64,000 bases of DNA from assembly GCF_963921235.1 (NCBI RefSeq), contig NC_086097.1:90398001-90462000 (forward strand), given 5' to 3'. The stretch is from Mobula hypostoma (Eukaryota). The notes beneath the pieces were generated by a model. It had not been told where the DNA came from. It saw only the letters and a program-made list of their open reading frames with translations, and made no database searches. A program made the translations under genes and the position numbers. Shown in pieces: positions 62,325 to 64,000 of the stretch; position 1 is the stretch's first letter; the number at the start of each line of letters is the position of its first letter.

Positions 62325-64000
62325 TAGACACTAGAATACTACAGCACAGTACGGGCCCTTCGACCCTCGATGTTGTGCTGACCCATATATTCCTTTAAAA
62401 AAAGTACTAACCCACACTACACCGTAACCCTCTGTTTTTCTTTCATCCATGTGCCTGTCCAAGAGGCTCTTAAATACCCCTAATGTTTTAGCCTCCACCA
62501 CCATCCCTGGCAAGTCATTCCAGGCACCCACAACCCTTTGTGTAAAAACTTACCCCTGATGTCTCCCCTAAACTTCCCTCCCTTAACTTTGTACATATGC
62601 CCTCTGGTGTTTGCTATTCATGCCTTGGGAAACAGGTACTGGCTATCCACCCTATCTATGCCTGTCATAATCTTGTAGACCTCTATCAAGTCCCCTTTCA
62701 TCCTACTACGCTCCAAAGAGAAAAGTCCCATCTATGCTAACCTTGCCTCAAAAGACTTGTTTTCCAATCCAGGCAACATCCTGGTAAATCTCCTCTGCAC
62801 CCTCTCCATAGCTTCCACATCCTTTCTATAATGAGGTGACCAGAACTGAACACAATACTCTAAGTGTGGTCTCACCAGAGATTTGTAGAGTTGCAACATG
62901 ATCTCTCTACTCTTGAACTCAATCCCCCTATTAATGAAGCCTAGCATCTCATAGGCCTTCTTAACTATCCTATCAACCTGTGCAGCGACCTTGAGGGATG
63001 TATGGATTTGAACCCCAAGGTCCCTCTGTTCATCCACACTCTTAAGTAACCGAACAGTAACCCTGTACTCAGCCTTCTGGTTTGTCCTTCCAAAATGCAT
63101 CACCTCACAGTTCCAGATTGAACTCCATCTGCCACTTTTCTGCCCAACTCTGCATCCTGTCTATATCCTCTTGTAACCTTCGACAACCTACAGCTGCATC
63201 CACAGCTCCTCCAATCTTCGTGTCGTCCACAAACTTACTCACCCATCCTTCCGCCTCTTCATCCAGGTCGTTTATAAAAATCACAAAGAGCAGGGGTCCC
63301 AGGACAGATCCTTGCGGCACTCCACGAGTCACCGATCACAAAGCAGAATACTTTCCTTCCACTACTACCCTCTGCTTTCTTCCTTTAAGCCAATTTTTTT
63401 TATCCAAACAGCCAAGGTTCCACTGATCCCATGCCTTATGACTTTCTGGATGAATCTGTCATGGGGGACCTTGTCAAATGCCTTGCTAAAATCCATGTAG
63501 ACCACATCTATCGCCCTACCCTCATCGATTTCTTTTGTTACCTCTTCAAAAAACTCAATTAGGCCCGTGAGGCACGACCTTCCCTTCACAAAGCCACGTT
63601 GACTATCCTTGAGTAGACTGTACTTCCCCAAGTGCTCGGAGATCCTATTCTTTTTTTTTAATTTTATTTTTATTTGGTAAGGAGTTCACAATTATCATGT
63701 ACTTTTTTCACACATATAACCTTTTCCATTTTTTTATATGTATAAAACTACAATTATTTATACATTCTTAAGTACACATTGAGATGATATAAAAGCAAAA
63801 TAAACATTTAAATAGATAATTATGCACTGTGGTAAATCTAACCTATTAGGCTAAGTAATTCTTAAGAATCGTTTCCAGTAGTTTGCAGACCACCGACGTA
63901 AGGCTCACCAATAGTTCCCAGGATTCTTCCTATTACCTTGTTTAAACAAGGGAACTACATTTGCTATTCTCCAATCCTCCGGCACCTCCCCTGCAGCCAG
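62325..64000 (-). mobile_element. CR1 LINE RT region and 3' end, comparatively well preserved, runs off the window edge
   Basis: GFVKGRSCLTGLIEFFEEV, VYMDFSKAFDKVPH, GVPQGSVLGPLLFVIFINDL, KFVDDTK, LYKSLVRPHLEYCVQFWSP. Confidence 0.94.
63653..63857 (-). mobile_element. Short poly(A)-tailed retroposed insert (L1/Tx1-type 3' end) inside CR1
   Basis: Minus strand ends AATAAAAATAAAATT plus poly(A); TSD ATTCTT at 63647-63652 and 63858-63863; CR1 sequence resumes on both sides. Confidence 0.7.

Overview
Vertebrate nuclear DNA, most likely from a cartilaginous fish such as a ray or shark. This is inferred from the dominance of CR1 LINEs together with HE1-like V-SINEs, Rex1/Babar and Penelope elements. 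One intact host protein-coding region is recognisable: the uninterrupted CCDC177 ORF (50855-52729, +), with a CpG island and a strong-Kozak overlapping upstream ORF. The rest is mostly decayed transposable elements: many CR1 fragments, a Gypsy LTR element nested antisense inside a relative, a 5'-truncated Rex1/Babar LINE inside a solo LTR, Tc1 and hAT MITEs, and SINEs. The most interesting non-gene signal is a set of Penelope-derived fold-back elements: one 1.9-kb inverted repeat and several 150-270 bp mini-hairpins. Several are flanked by 11-16 bp target-site duplications (TSDs) and most carry minimal type I hammerhead ribozyme motifs, one intact at 17243-17280 (minus). Repeat boundaries were read by eye and are approximate; no database search was run.
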